NCBI RefSeq assembly: GCF_022539665.2
Contig: NC_081331.1
Location: forward strand, 5,890,001 to 5,954,000
Direction: 5' to 3'
Length of the DNA: 64,000 nt
Origin: Daphnia carinata
Lineage: Eukaryota
The translations under genes and the position numbers were made by a program. Below the pieces are notes generated by a model. The model made no database searches, was not told the DNA's origin, and worked only from the letters and a program-made list of their open reading frames with translations. Of this stretch, positions 39,201-51,004 are shown piece after piece. Positions within the stretch are counted from its first letter, which is position 1. Each line of letters starts with the position of its first letter.

Positions 39201-42200
39201 TATCATTTCCAGTTGGCTGATTAAGTTCAAGTTTTTTTCTTTTCCTACCACGAAGGTAATAAGTAACTAGTGTTTCCAACTGGCGGTGCCAGTCCAAATC
39301 ATATGGCAGCAGCCGTCTGAAAACATCGCTAATAATAACGCGGAACTGCATATGTCTGTGTGTGTGTGTGTTTACATAGTATTTTTTGTTTCTTTTTACC
39401 GTTCATGTTCCAGGAGTTTGCGGGTGAGCGACTCCTTCTTCTTGTCACGGCGGACGGTTAGATTCTTTTCGAGATCCTCGCGCTCCCTTTGCAGTCTCAG
39501 AGTCAATACTTTTTGCTCGTCGGGTTTTTTCCGTTTGTTGGCCAGCTCGCGCTCGAACCGTGACGTCAACTTCTCCAGCTCCTTCTCCCACTCTTCCTGT
39601 AAAATTTCAATATTCAGAGCCGTTAACCAAATACTTTGCTGTACCGGTGTTATCTGTTTTTTTTTTTATTATAGCTACTATCGATCGCCAAACATCCTTG
39701 TTTTTAAACTTTGAGTTATTTATGATCGACAGAGAACTTCAGCTCACATGCCGACAGCCCTCAAGTAACGATAATAAGACGACACGATACACATTTTTTT
39801 TTTTTGTTTTCGTCTGAACGTCAAAACTCGGCAGCAGGTTAATAACGTTAGAAAAGTCATCATCCGACGTCCCACTTTTTTTTTCTTGCCGTTATCTTTG
39901 CAGCCATCTCGTAAAGTGTTGCGATGTGTTTCGCCATTTAGTCGGAAGCATTCGAGCGTGCTACCGGCGCTCCAGTATCTTTATTATTTTCTTTGATGCT
40001 ATTTTAATTCGCAAAATCTTCTCCATCATCATCTTCCCCGTTTTCTGGTGTGTGTGTATGTGTAAATAATGGCTGCAGTCGTACGTACATGTAAACACAA
40101 AGGTTGCTGTTGGCAATGCACTCACCCGAAATTCTTCTTTGAACTTAAATTCCTCTTCTTCACGTTGGCGGGCAAATTTTCGGTACAAGTCGTCCTCTTC
40201 CTTACGGTGTTTCATCTCCAATCGAACTTGGGTGTCTTTGTCCTAATATTTAATACACACACAAAAAAAAAAACAGATATTTAATGAACGTTCGATGAAC
40301 GGTGCTTTTTTTTATATGCATGATCATGAAAGAGTTTCCGAGTCATTACGATCTCCTGTGAAAAGAATTCAGTTTGTTTTGAGAACGCTTCAAATAATAA
40401 GCCGCTAAAGTTCATCGAGGAAAACGAAGGGAAATAACGCGTAACGGATAGATAAAGCTTTCCCTTCTTCAATCACAAGTATACGTCGTTAGCCTGTGCA
40501 CTCGGCTACTGGATAAATAGACCGTCTAACGGTTAGACCGGAGGTAGAAAAACCACCTGGAGTGGCACTCTGGGTAGGCACCAAAAAAAAAAAAGGAAAA
40601 ATCCCTTTTTCCACGAAAAATAAAACTTGCTGTTATGAAAACATGCAAGCGTATCAGACACACAAGTAAAAAAAAAAGAGATAAGATGAAAAAAACTAGG
40701 CATCAGTGAAGCATGGCTCCATCGGCTAAATGGACACGCGAGGTGATAGCTCCCAAAGTGTTGCCGAAACGGAATCATCGTCACCGCTGCGTGTAAAAAG
40801 CTTCTCTTAAAAGACCGAGACTGGGACACTAAGGCAACGACCGCAAAGTGCGTCTCGATTTTTGTTCCCACATTGATGATTTCTCCTACGATCGATCTCT
40901 TACTGTTTTCTACATCCAATAGAAACGCAAGTCTGTTGGCCGCACAAGTCGCCGGGGTTGCGAACCCTTGGATGACAGGAACAAAAAGGGAGAGTCTTAA
41001 ACTTTCCCCTCACATACTCAACATTCACTAACCGTACTTTCTAGCTAGTAATTGTTGATGGCAAAGAAAAATGAAAACCCAAAGTTATACCTTCTCTTTT
41101 TCCTGTGAAACAAATGCATTACACAGCGACGAGCGGAAAAAGGTTGTAACCCTCAATGACGGCCTCGTTACACGAAAAGCATATTAAATCATCTAATTGA
41201 AGAAGAGAAAAGAAAAATACATTCCTCAAACGTCTTTCAAAGATTTCCCCTTGTGTGTCTAACCGCGCAGCTCGTCCAATTATGGAAATCTCACGTACGA
41301 GAATCTCATTTAAAATGTGCTGCCGTTTGAAAAGGCATCTCTTTTTGGCCTATCTTGCAATCCATTTTCAGGTCGTGACACTTCTCTTGTTGAAACGCTT
41401 CAAGGCGAAATTCAAGTCGATAAATCGACTCGTCAAAAAACAGAAAGAAAGAAAGCCATGACACACATAAGAGAAAATAAATAATCTGTTAGGATAATCA
41501 GCGAGTTCGCCTGATATGCCGAGCAAATTAGACAAGCTAAATACGAAAGAGGGGGAAACCATTGTTGAATACATTCAAATTCCGGTAATAATTTCCTCCA
41601 CGATTCATAAAGCTGGCAGTGAAAATACAATGAGCTATAACAATAATAACTGTAAAAATAAAGGAGGAGAAATCAATAAAATATTAAACAATCGCAAAAG
41701 ACTCGTTTCTTTCTTTTTTTTTTAAGGGGAGCCGGTTATTCAGTTTAGGTTTGCTGTTATCGACGTATTCGAAGGTACAAAAGCCACCTGTAAAGCGCTG
41801 AGACTGGAACAACGGCATACCAGTGTACGCGACCGCAAAAAAAAAAAAAATAAAAACAGCTCATCATAAAAAAAAGTTGAATGGGAGACGGTCGCCATCG
41901 TCGACACACATTTCGAAAAAGGCCAACAGGACGAAGACGCGCTCGATTCAATCGCAGTGACGCAACAAACGGACCAAACGCGGGTAAAACGAATCAGCCA
42001 AACACCTGAGAGATTCGCTCGAATGAAAACAATTGCGACGATATCATGGACCGAATCGGCCCCCCCCCCCTCCCCAACAAATAAAAACGTACAGGAAATG
42101 ACCGAAAAAGGCAATGGGTATTTTTCAGGTTGGATTGATTCAATGACGAGGGGGAAAAAAATGCCGTCATTCTTTCCCGTTGGAATTCATTTTGTGGACA

Positions 42201-45200
42201 GTCAGCAACTGGATAAGAATAACGAGGCGGGGATAGGCAATACGCACATTCAGTTGATGATTTCACGTGTCCATCAATGGGTTTTTTAAAAAACTCATTT
42301 TGGGCGTTGTCGCAGGATCTGACGTCATTCAGCGCTGTGGGTATAAACTTGTGAGGTTGATGTATAACATCGGCCACGGGCCGTTGCAGAGCCGACAAAT
42401 CATTTCCATGTTACAACGAATTGACTGGCTATAGGACTAATGTTTTGAATTTAAAAAAAAAAAAAAAAACTTGCAAGAGAATTGCAGATGAATTCCATGA
42501 TTAAAGCAGACAAACAAAACAAATATTCGCTGCTGGCAATGTTCCTTTTAAAGGTAGAGCAGTTGCCGGGCGTATGCGCGTGATGTTTTATGCCTTTAAT
42601 ACGAAGACGGATTTCCTTTTGAATCGCAAAAAAAAAATCATTAAATAAAAAAAATGAAGCGGAGTAAAAAAAAACAAAAGAAGGATGATGACGATGCTCT
42701 GTTTTCAACCATCACGAAGATGGCTGACAGCAACATTTAATTTCTTTCTCTTCTTTTTTTCTACTTCGTCTCTTTCGAAAAGAACCCCACAAAAATCTCA
42801 TGACCGTAGGTGGCAGCAAGTAATCCAACCAGAAAAAAAATGACCACTTCGAAATTTCTTTTTCAACCAAACATGGAGACACTAAAACAATTGATCGAGC
42901 CGCGCGGCCCCCAAAAGATTCTTTTCACTTCACGCCATGACGTAACATCAAAGTAATAAGTCAACTCGTTTCATTTTTTTTTGTCTCTGATCTCTCCATT
43001 GTTTGTTTTGCAAAAGTGTGAAGCAAACAAGATCGATTTTAAGGAGGATGGAAATTTCCATCTTTATAATAAGGCGGGGTATGAATTAAGACGAATCAAC
43101 AGCGCAAATCCTCCGTTTCCAGGTAAAATGAAAAAAGGAAGAGGTAAAAAAAAAAAAAAAAAAAAAAAACGAGTTCCAAGAGAAGCGAATCTCCTTGTAT
43201 GGCCAGCAACCACACGAAGGCGATGGGATGAACGCACGAATGGGAAATAATATCGAGGAAGAAAAAGAAAAGAAAAAAAAAACCGAACGGCTAGTCTCGG
43301 GAAAATGTTGTTGTAGCCGCGGGAGGGTTGGGCGCGCTTAAAGATGACGTCTTTTCCCAGGGACTGGATTGGTTGATCGCCTTTATTGTCCAGGTGGAAT
43401 GAGCACATAAGAAGTAAGTAATAGAAGGTGTATAGACAACACTGCGGGCAGGCGGGTTTCATCACGTTTTGGCCTCTTCAATTCTTCCATCATCATCTCT
43501 TTCTTCTTCCTCGCTTTCCACAAGTTATTCCCTGCTTTTTTATTTTCTCATACGCTCTCAGGTAAACATCAAGGCCGATGACCGTATAAGGTGTTGCTGG
43601 AGCGACAGCACAATACGTCGGAGCCCGAAAGGAGAAAGTGGCGTCATCGCACTGACACTATTGCTGTCTGTTTTGCGTGCACATGTTTTTTTCTTTTTCA
43701 TTTGTTTCACCAGCAATTGTTTTTATTCGCCTCTTTCATCATCTTCAACAACCGATTTGCATGACGGTCACCAGCGTGAAGAGGTGACCCAACACAAGGC
43801 TTTACCGCCAAGCGGCAAGTGGGGGAACACGCACATTCCTCCCAACAAAATTTGAAAGACAAGGCGGAATGAATGAGGGAAAACAAAAAAGAGAAAGGCA
43901 ACGTATATAGAAAGAAAGGGAGAGAGATAAGATAAGAGGGTTGAAAGCAAAAGTCGTGTTTTAATAGAAAGTTGTGGGCAGAAGGAAAGAGAGAGACGCA
44001 TGCAGCAAAGGTATAACAAGCGCAGGTGGAGCGACAGCAACATCCTGCCTTCGGCTCGGAAGACAGCTGATTCGCTGTTCTTTTTTTTTCCCAAAAGAAT
44101 ATTCTCGTATTATTTTATTCTTTTTAATTCCACCACGTCCCTTTTTTTTGGTATTCCAAAGCTAACTACCCTCATATTTTGTCGTACGTGTACAAAGCGA
44201 ATCGGCTTCATTATCACGAGTCCTCGTTGCAATATTAAGCGGATGGTCTTTTGGCACCACCATCTGCGATGTCCAGTTACGAAAAAAAGAAAAATATGGC
44301 GTCTCCGGTTATGGAAATAAGATCTTGGGAGGTGGAGAACGAGATTAAAACAGTTGCATACCACCAAAAGGCAATTCGATCTGAAGGGAATGTCAATAAA
44401 AGGAAGGCACTAACAGTGAAAGTCGGTTTGGAAATCCGACATGTCAGACTGGAAAAACGGCAATGTCTCAACGCCTTTACGAACGATATGTTTTCGTTTT
44501 TCGAAAACAAAAAATGGAGACCCCCCCCCCCAAAAAAAAACCAGGAATGGTGACGCAATTTGCTATACCCTCTTTTTATTTTGCATATTTCCAACACTTT
44601 TTCTATTCCCCACCTGTCGATAGTAAAGCCCGGCATATCAAGGTGTTCATCGCCACTACCTTTTCGTTCACTCCACTATTCATATTCAAATGTTTTATAG
44701 TAATGTAATCACTATTTAAATCGTGCGGGGCATATGTTACAGCAATATACGTAAAATAGTGGTGATCCGTTAGATTGTCGTAACGCCGTATCAGAGACGT
44801 TGTACCACGACAGAAAGATAAGGCCTTACAAAAAATATGGAATGTAACGGAATTTTCTAGACCGTTTTTGACCGTTTGTTTGAAAAAAAAAACGAAGGGG
44901 AGAAAACGAGAACGACGGGTAAGTTGATGTTCAAAACTCACCAGATAAGAGTCGAGAGGCTTTTCAATAGGTCGTCGGTAACTTCGCTGGAGTTCGGTGG
45001 CACGTAGGGCGTGGGCGATGTGAAGAGCGCTAGCATCGAATCGTCCATACTGATGTTCGGCGAAATGTCCGTTCTCACCGCTTTGACGGCCGTTGTTTAG
45101 GTGCGGCTTGATGGCCAACGCCTCGGCGTCAAATGTACCCTTGCCTCCTCCACGAATCTGTTCGTTGACGTAGTTGAACGACTTGGGCACATTAAGGGCA

Positions 45201-45454
45201 GAGCGGATTCCCACGGCCGAACCGTCCAGGTGACCTGGTCCGATCTTGGGGACGTGGCTGATGCAGTAGACCTCCTTGTCGTCATTGGAATCCTGATTGT
45301 TGTAATACGTCTTGAGCGTCAGTTTCGTGCCGCATGCCGAGCACTTGAAACAGCCCTGGTGGAAGAATGTAAAGTCCTTCAGCGGACCGACGCGGTCCAC
45401 CTGGTACACCGTTTGACCGCACCGGAAACAGAGATTCTCGTAAAAGTTCATCAT
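36296..45454 (-). CDS. Hil: Hillarin (N-terminal LIM-type zinc finger, coiled coil, transglutaminase-like/KY-like domain); exons include 44942-45454, 40126-40242, 39400-39596 and further exons down to 36296
   Basis: CFRCGQTVYQVDRVGPLKDFTFFHQGCFKCSACG..YCISH LIM finger; EMKHRKEEDDLYRKF coiled coil; CVVIKGYSKSAGYQPG..NSWNAVYVAGAWRFVQCNWGARHL and YDDHYFLTDP motifs; C-terminal FPEEGQYGMDIYTRE..HCCKYLIN. Confidence 0.92.
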
Positions 45455-47881
45455 TTTCTCGTTTTTGTTGGTGCGTTAAAAAAAGGAGTTCAAAAATCCT
45501 TGTAATCTAACTACTTCCAATCTCTTCTTACCACACTCGGGTGTCAGCTGGCTTCACAAAATTTGCTTGGCAAAAGGCGAGTGCAAAAACAAAAAAAAAA
45601 CACACACACAAGGCCTTTTCGTCCACGTTTCAGTCGCAGTTAGTAACAACAATCTGCCATCATGCACCGGCAAACTGATGTTGAAATATAGTTTTCAACG
45701 AAAGACTTGCGACGAGAATAAAAACACCAACGCACACTTCACAATAAACATTGAACACAAAAAAAATGAAAAAAAAAAGATGGCCAATTGTTGTCTGTCT
45801 AACGTGGACTTGTACACTCACGGAGAGCACTCGCTGCAGTGTGACCACTCTTTCAAGGTGAGCGGCGGTTACTGAACTGGTCGTGTGGCGTTCGCATCGC
45901 CATCGCTTCTCTTTTCTTTTTGTCTTTCTCCCACCTTTTTTTTCTCTCTCTTTCTCTCCCTCCCTCCTACTGCCTTTTACGAGGATGGGTGTACCTTTTT
46001 TGCTTCAGTCTTGCTTTTCCCACGTTGAGTTGGCTATATGTACATAACAACGATCCCGCCCACTTAGTCGTTGACTTGTTGAGTCGACTTGAAACCGAGT
46101 TGCAAGGAAACTCCCCCCACCTAGCGGATCGAACGACCGGTCGACCGACCGACTACTCAGGTATATCAAGATAATCACAGCTGAGGGAAAACAAAAAAAG
46201 AGAAAAGTGGGTACACTAGTGTTGTAAACAACAAAAAATTGTCTGCAGACTGCGAGCGGTATTCCGCTCTTGACCCGGCCATCCGGATCATTTGTGTCCT
46301 CTTTTCATTTTGTCTGATTTCTTTGTTTGTTAGCCCAAAACGATAAGAGCTCATAAAACAATCAAATTACAGGAACAGCTAGGGATATTTATTTTACCGA
46401 TGGTTGAAGAATTCCTTAATTACTGCAATGCCGTTTTCTTTTTTATCCAATTACAAAAGCTGTACTTTACTCGAACCTGATTTCTTTGAAATTGCATTCC
46501 TTTTTTTTAAGCCTATGATTTGAAAGCCCTGGGCATTATTTGCAGCAGAGATAGGGCATGATACGTACGGCATTGTATATTCAATATGACGTCTTATCGT
46601 TTACAACTGCCGCATTGCACACCCGTTCTCGGCAGTGTCCAGCCGCTTCGTATCCCGCGGTACTTAAACACCCGGTAGCTTCATTTAGCCTTTCTCGCTA
46701 ATGGAACGCCGCGTTTCGGAGGTGCAAACTCGCTTGTTAACAAATCGTTAGTGAACACCATTTCTGGGTATGTGCCCTGTCAGAACAATAACGGATGCTA
46801 AAATGTGGAGAAAGACAGAAAACAGAAGGAAACAAGAGCCGACAAACAGATGGGGAGAAAAACAAATACGAAGAACGATTATACCTGTCGAACAAAAAAA
46901 TGTTAACAGCTATCGCGTTCACGCCATAGCGTGCACAGAGCCACACATTGTGTTCCGCCGTTCATAAGCTTACACTTCCGATAGTCGCGCACACAACCAT
47001 TCGACCCTCATGTTATTTCCGTTTCCGGTTCTCCAGATAGAAATAGAGAGCAAAAACGATGGGAAGCACAGCCAGCAAAAACCACGACTAACCAAATAAA
47101 TTCCATCCTCCACTGCCATCGTCACGGTTTTGCTTAGCAAATCAACAGCTTGCTTTTCTGTTTTTGTTTTGCAAAAAAACAATGAAGGTCTCTTTCCCGC
47201 AAGGTTTTGTTTTTCTCATAGGAATTCGCAAGTGTTCAATTCAAGTGTAGGCGAAGTAGGTGGATGAAGCGGATATTTCCAGTGGATATTTCATTAAAAA
47301 ATCGTATCTGCCTATTGTGTTTTTTGTGGCCCAAAGAGGAATGGTTACGGAACTCGTTTCTGCAACTTAGTTCAACAAATTGGGCGTACGAAAATAAAAA
47401 GATGAGACAGACCGAAGAAAATTCCCAAGCCGGCCGAGAGAAGTGAGTCAATCCATTAATTAGAGAGCTAGAAGCTCGCGGCGAAAATAGCCGGCCAAAC
47501 TAACAATTCGTGTAAATGAGAGCAGACTACTACACACTACACGACGACGCAAAAACGACAGCTCATCTTTAAATAAACGGAATTTCATTATAAGACAAAG
47601 AGAAGAAAAAAGGAACAAAAAGCAAACAGCAGACAGAATAAGAGAAATAAATTTAAAAAAATACCCAAAAATTGAGAGAACTGAAGTTACCGGGGCTAAA
47701 TGGCTAAACACTAGAACATCCAACGAATGTAGTATAAACACGAGGACCAATAAATAAACGGGTAATTGCACTAGAAACAAGGTGGATGGAACAATAAGAG
47801 TCCCGCTTGTGTGGCAACTGAACTGAAGATCAAACGAGGAAAAGCACCCGCCATTCCGAAACATTCACCGTTTTTCAACAT

Positions 47882-50607
47882 CTAAACGTCGTCAAAGAAA
47901 TTCCGTGGCGGCGCTGGTCCGCTGCGTGTATAACTAGAACGATAATCGGTAGATCCTGTCAGTGAAGTCGCCGGGGTGGAACCGATATCGTCACCAATTC
48001 TCCGACTGGCTTGCATAAAAAGCTGATCGTATCGGTCATCTTCGTTGCTCATGTTGTCGGATGTGGAGCCAAACAATTCAGAGCGCGACGATTCCCTCTT
48101 CACTAGTAAACCTGTGTTCATACATTCAACGTGAAGCCGTTCTACCGTGTAAATCATCACGTCAGATGGCGTTCTATTGTTTACCTCCAGTTTCGCGATT
48201 GCGTTCGGTCCGACCAAAGTTGTTGACGTCGACATTCCGACGTCGAGATTCACTATCCTCGGCTCTCTGACGTCTCCGTTTTTCTAACGAAATTGACAAA
48301 TATATTATGAAAATGACGGCCTAGAATTTTTGGTTACTGTCATTCATTAAGCTTACCCCGTTTGATAAGCTCTCGGCCTTCTTCGGCCAAATCGGCTGTA
48401 ATATCATCTTCATCATCAACAAACTGCTGGAATCCGATGAAGGTAAGGAAGCGTGCGCCTAAGGAGAAGTAAGTGGCCAGACATAGCCCCAAAATGGCCA
48501 TAGGAAAATATATATTGAAACCGTCTGAAATGATGGGCAGCACGTCCATGTGCCCCATTATCTGTAGCGAAACGAACGCGAGCGTCAAGTTTACTTGAAC
48601 GAGAACAAAACTCCTTATTTTTAACGGGCTGGTTACCTGAGTGTAATAGGTCTCCATTAGCCGGGTTTTGATTATGTGACTATCCATGTGAATGAGGCCA
48701 AGGAAGTTTAAACACATGGGAGGAGTCAGTCGGCAAAGTAACATACCCGAGAAGATCAAGCTATATTCGTCCGTTTGATGGTGGGGTGCCAAGTAATACA
48801 AATTTAGTACGCGAATTTTCAACACAGTTGAATATGCGCATACGCAGAGGTAGGCAATGGTAGCAATCGAAACCAGCTGAAAGGTGAGAACAGACAGATG
48901 AGCGATTATTATCAGATTAAAGATTGTAATTATGAAAGGATGTCTTACTTCAATAGATAGGTAATCATAATATTCTTTCGCCAAATTAACAAAAATTGCG
49001 AAGATCGAAAGAACGGGACTTGCATTGAAAAATGTCAATTCGGACCATACCACTAACACTGACAAGAGGGCCAAAATCATAGCCAGCCCTTGACACACAT
49101 ATCGCCTCAGCAAGCATTTCCAATACCACTCTGTTGCAATGAGAAAAGAGCAAAGATTATAGAATGTTGCACCTCATGGGGCAGATTAAGTAAGCTTGAA
49201 GTATGCTTTACCTAGTGTGGGACTGCGAATTCGTGCTAGCCATCTCGACCGAACTGGTTCAAAAGAAGGCTTAAAGTAATGTTCGTGACTGCCGATATTA
49301 CGATGGACGTCCTCGAGATCAAAGATTTTCTCCACCAAGTTATACCACTGGGTCTCCGTTCTGTGTTGCCGCTGCAATGCGCGAATGACCTGCAAAATTT
49401 ATTTGATGCTTTAAATTGAATGGGGACACTTCGTGCGGCTTTTTACCTGTCTATGAAGACGAACAAGAGATTTCTCATTCAGATCGCTATCGTTCATTTG
49501 ATTACTATTGACAGCCTTGCGTTTCATGCGCTCTCGCCATTCCAGTGGCAGCTTGTCAGAAATAGTCTCGGCATTCTTTCGTAAAGGATCACTAGGCGGG
49601 ATGCGAGTCAACGCGACTTGAAGTGCCTCTAAATAGTCTTCCAAGTTCTCTTCGGCCTCACTCTTTTCGGCGTTCAATTTGGCAGCTTTGAAATAAAGGC
49701 GGGACAACAAAGGTCCCGGTAAAGCACTGCGCCAAACAGAGCGGGGGATGTCCACAAGGCCATAGCCGAGCAACAAAACTAACCAAAATAGCCCCCAAGT
49801 ATTGCTTGCTGATGCTGCGATTGCCTTCAGCTTTGGCCTGCAGACGTTAGAATTGCGTTAAAATCTGGGATTTCAACAACTTCGACGAAAATGCTTACCA
49901 ATCAAACTCAAAATCAGGCTTAGCAGCTAAATAGATTAGGAGTATGGTGGCAATTACGAGGTAACTACCATAGTATATTGCGTTATCTATCAAAGCTGAT
50001 TTTAGCTTTCCTTTCACAGTGAAATCTCCAGCTTTAGTGTATGACTGCATGAGTGGTAGCACAAACCTTGATTTACCAAAAAAAGAAGGGGGGAAAAAGA
50101 GGGTGATTTTACCATTGGATTATTGCATGTGTAGTGATTAATAAAGGTTATACCAAGTTAGGAATTGTGAGGTCCAATATAGTACTCTCCATAACTGGGG
50201 CAGAACATTCTCTGGTACGTAACTCCAAGGAAGCTTGCAAACTGAAGTTTCATTAGATGGAATAATATGGGGAACTACTGTTGTGCTTAGATTTGCTGTT
50301 TCATTGGACCTTGGCCCTTCTGTGTACCAAGTATGCTCCTGGACACACTGTCTGTAGGCTGTCTAGAAACCCGTAGAAATAAACTTTTCATTATTTGCCC
50401 AACGTCTAATACAATTTTGGTTGCAGGACTTACCGATGTTACATCCAAAGGTAAAATAAATATAATAAGGAATGAGAAGTACCATGCTACTAACACAGAA
50501 AGAGTGACTATGATGTGGTGTCTAAACCAGTCTCCATAACGATACAAAATAGATGCTGCGACAATAAATGTGCAGGTAATTTCTGTGACAAGAGGTCCAA
50601 CAGTCAT
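47882..50607 (-). CDS. LMBRD2: LMBR1 domain-containing protein 2, multi-pass membrane protein, multi-exon (exon 1 50434-50607)
   Basis: [99 protein letters not shown] and terminal PPRNFFDDV*. Confidence 0.94.
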
Positions 50608-50619
50608 TTTATGGAATGG

Positions 50620-50883
50620 CTATTCGTTCAGCAAATTTGTGTTCAGCAACTTTTCTTCTGCTTCCTTTTGTAACTTTTCTAATTTCTGAACTGTAAATGT
50701 CTTCAGTGGAAGAAGTTGGGGTTTGCAAAAGACCCAATTCGGTTTTGATTCTTCGTCCGGACGTCGATGACTGATTCTTCCTCTCACCGATTGTAATAAA
50801 GTTTCCAATGTTTCTGTTGGTTTGCTGACGTGATCACTTAAGGACGAAGCAGATCTGTCAGTTGTCGAGTTTGATTCCTCCAT
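50620..50883 (-). CDS. BBIP1: BBSome-interacting protein 1 (BBIP10/BBS18) homolog, 87 aa, intronless
   Basis: VFCKPQLLPLKTFTVQKLEKLQKEA matches the BBIP10 signature as I recall it from the human protein ([21 protein letters not shown]). Size fits the family. Confidence 0.82.
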   Translation of the reverse strand: MEESNSTTDRSASSLSDHVSKPTETLETLLQSVRGRISHRRPDEESKPNWVFCKPQLLPLKTFTVQKLEKLQKEAEEKLLNTNLLNE

Positions 50884-50996
50884 CAGACAGGCATCCAGGA
50901 AACTTCATAAAAACACGAATCTTTTAACTGCTGTAACAGCGTCGCGTGCAATCTCACCACTCTATTAGTGCGACACGTCAATAACAGCTGACTGCA

Positions 50997-51004
50997 TGAC
51001 GTCA
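50997..51004. promoter_or_regulatory. Palindromic CRE/ATF site in the likely shared BBIP1/LMBRD2 promoter
   Basis: Perfect TGACGTCA about 115 bp upstream of the BBIP1 ATG. Confidence 0.35.

Noticed and set aside
38901..44700. Nested genes or cassette exons in hillarin introns (e.g. 41957-42289 +, ~39250-39317 -)
   Set aside because: No recognisable homology, and the candidate cassette does not preserve phase.
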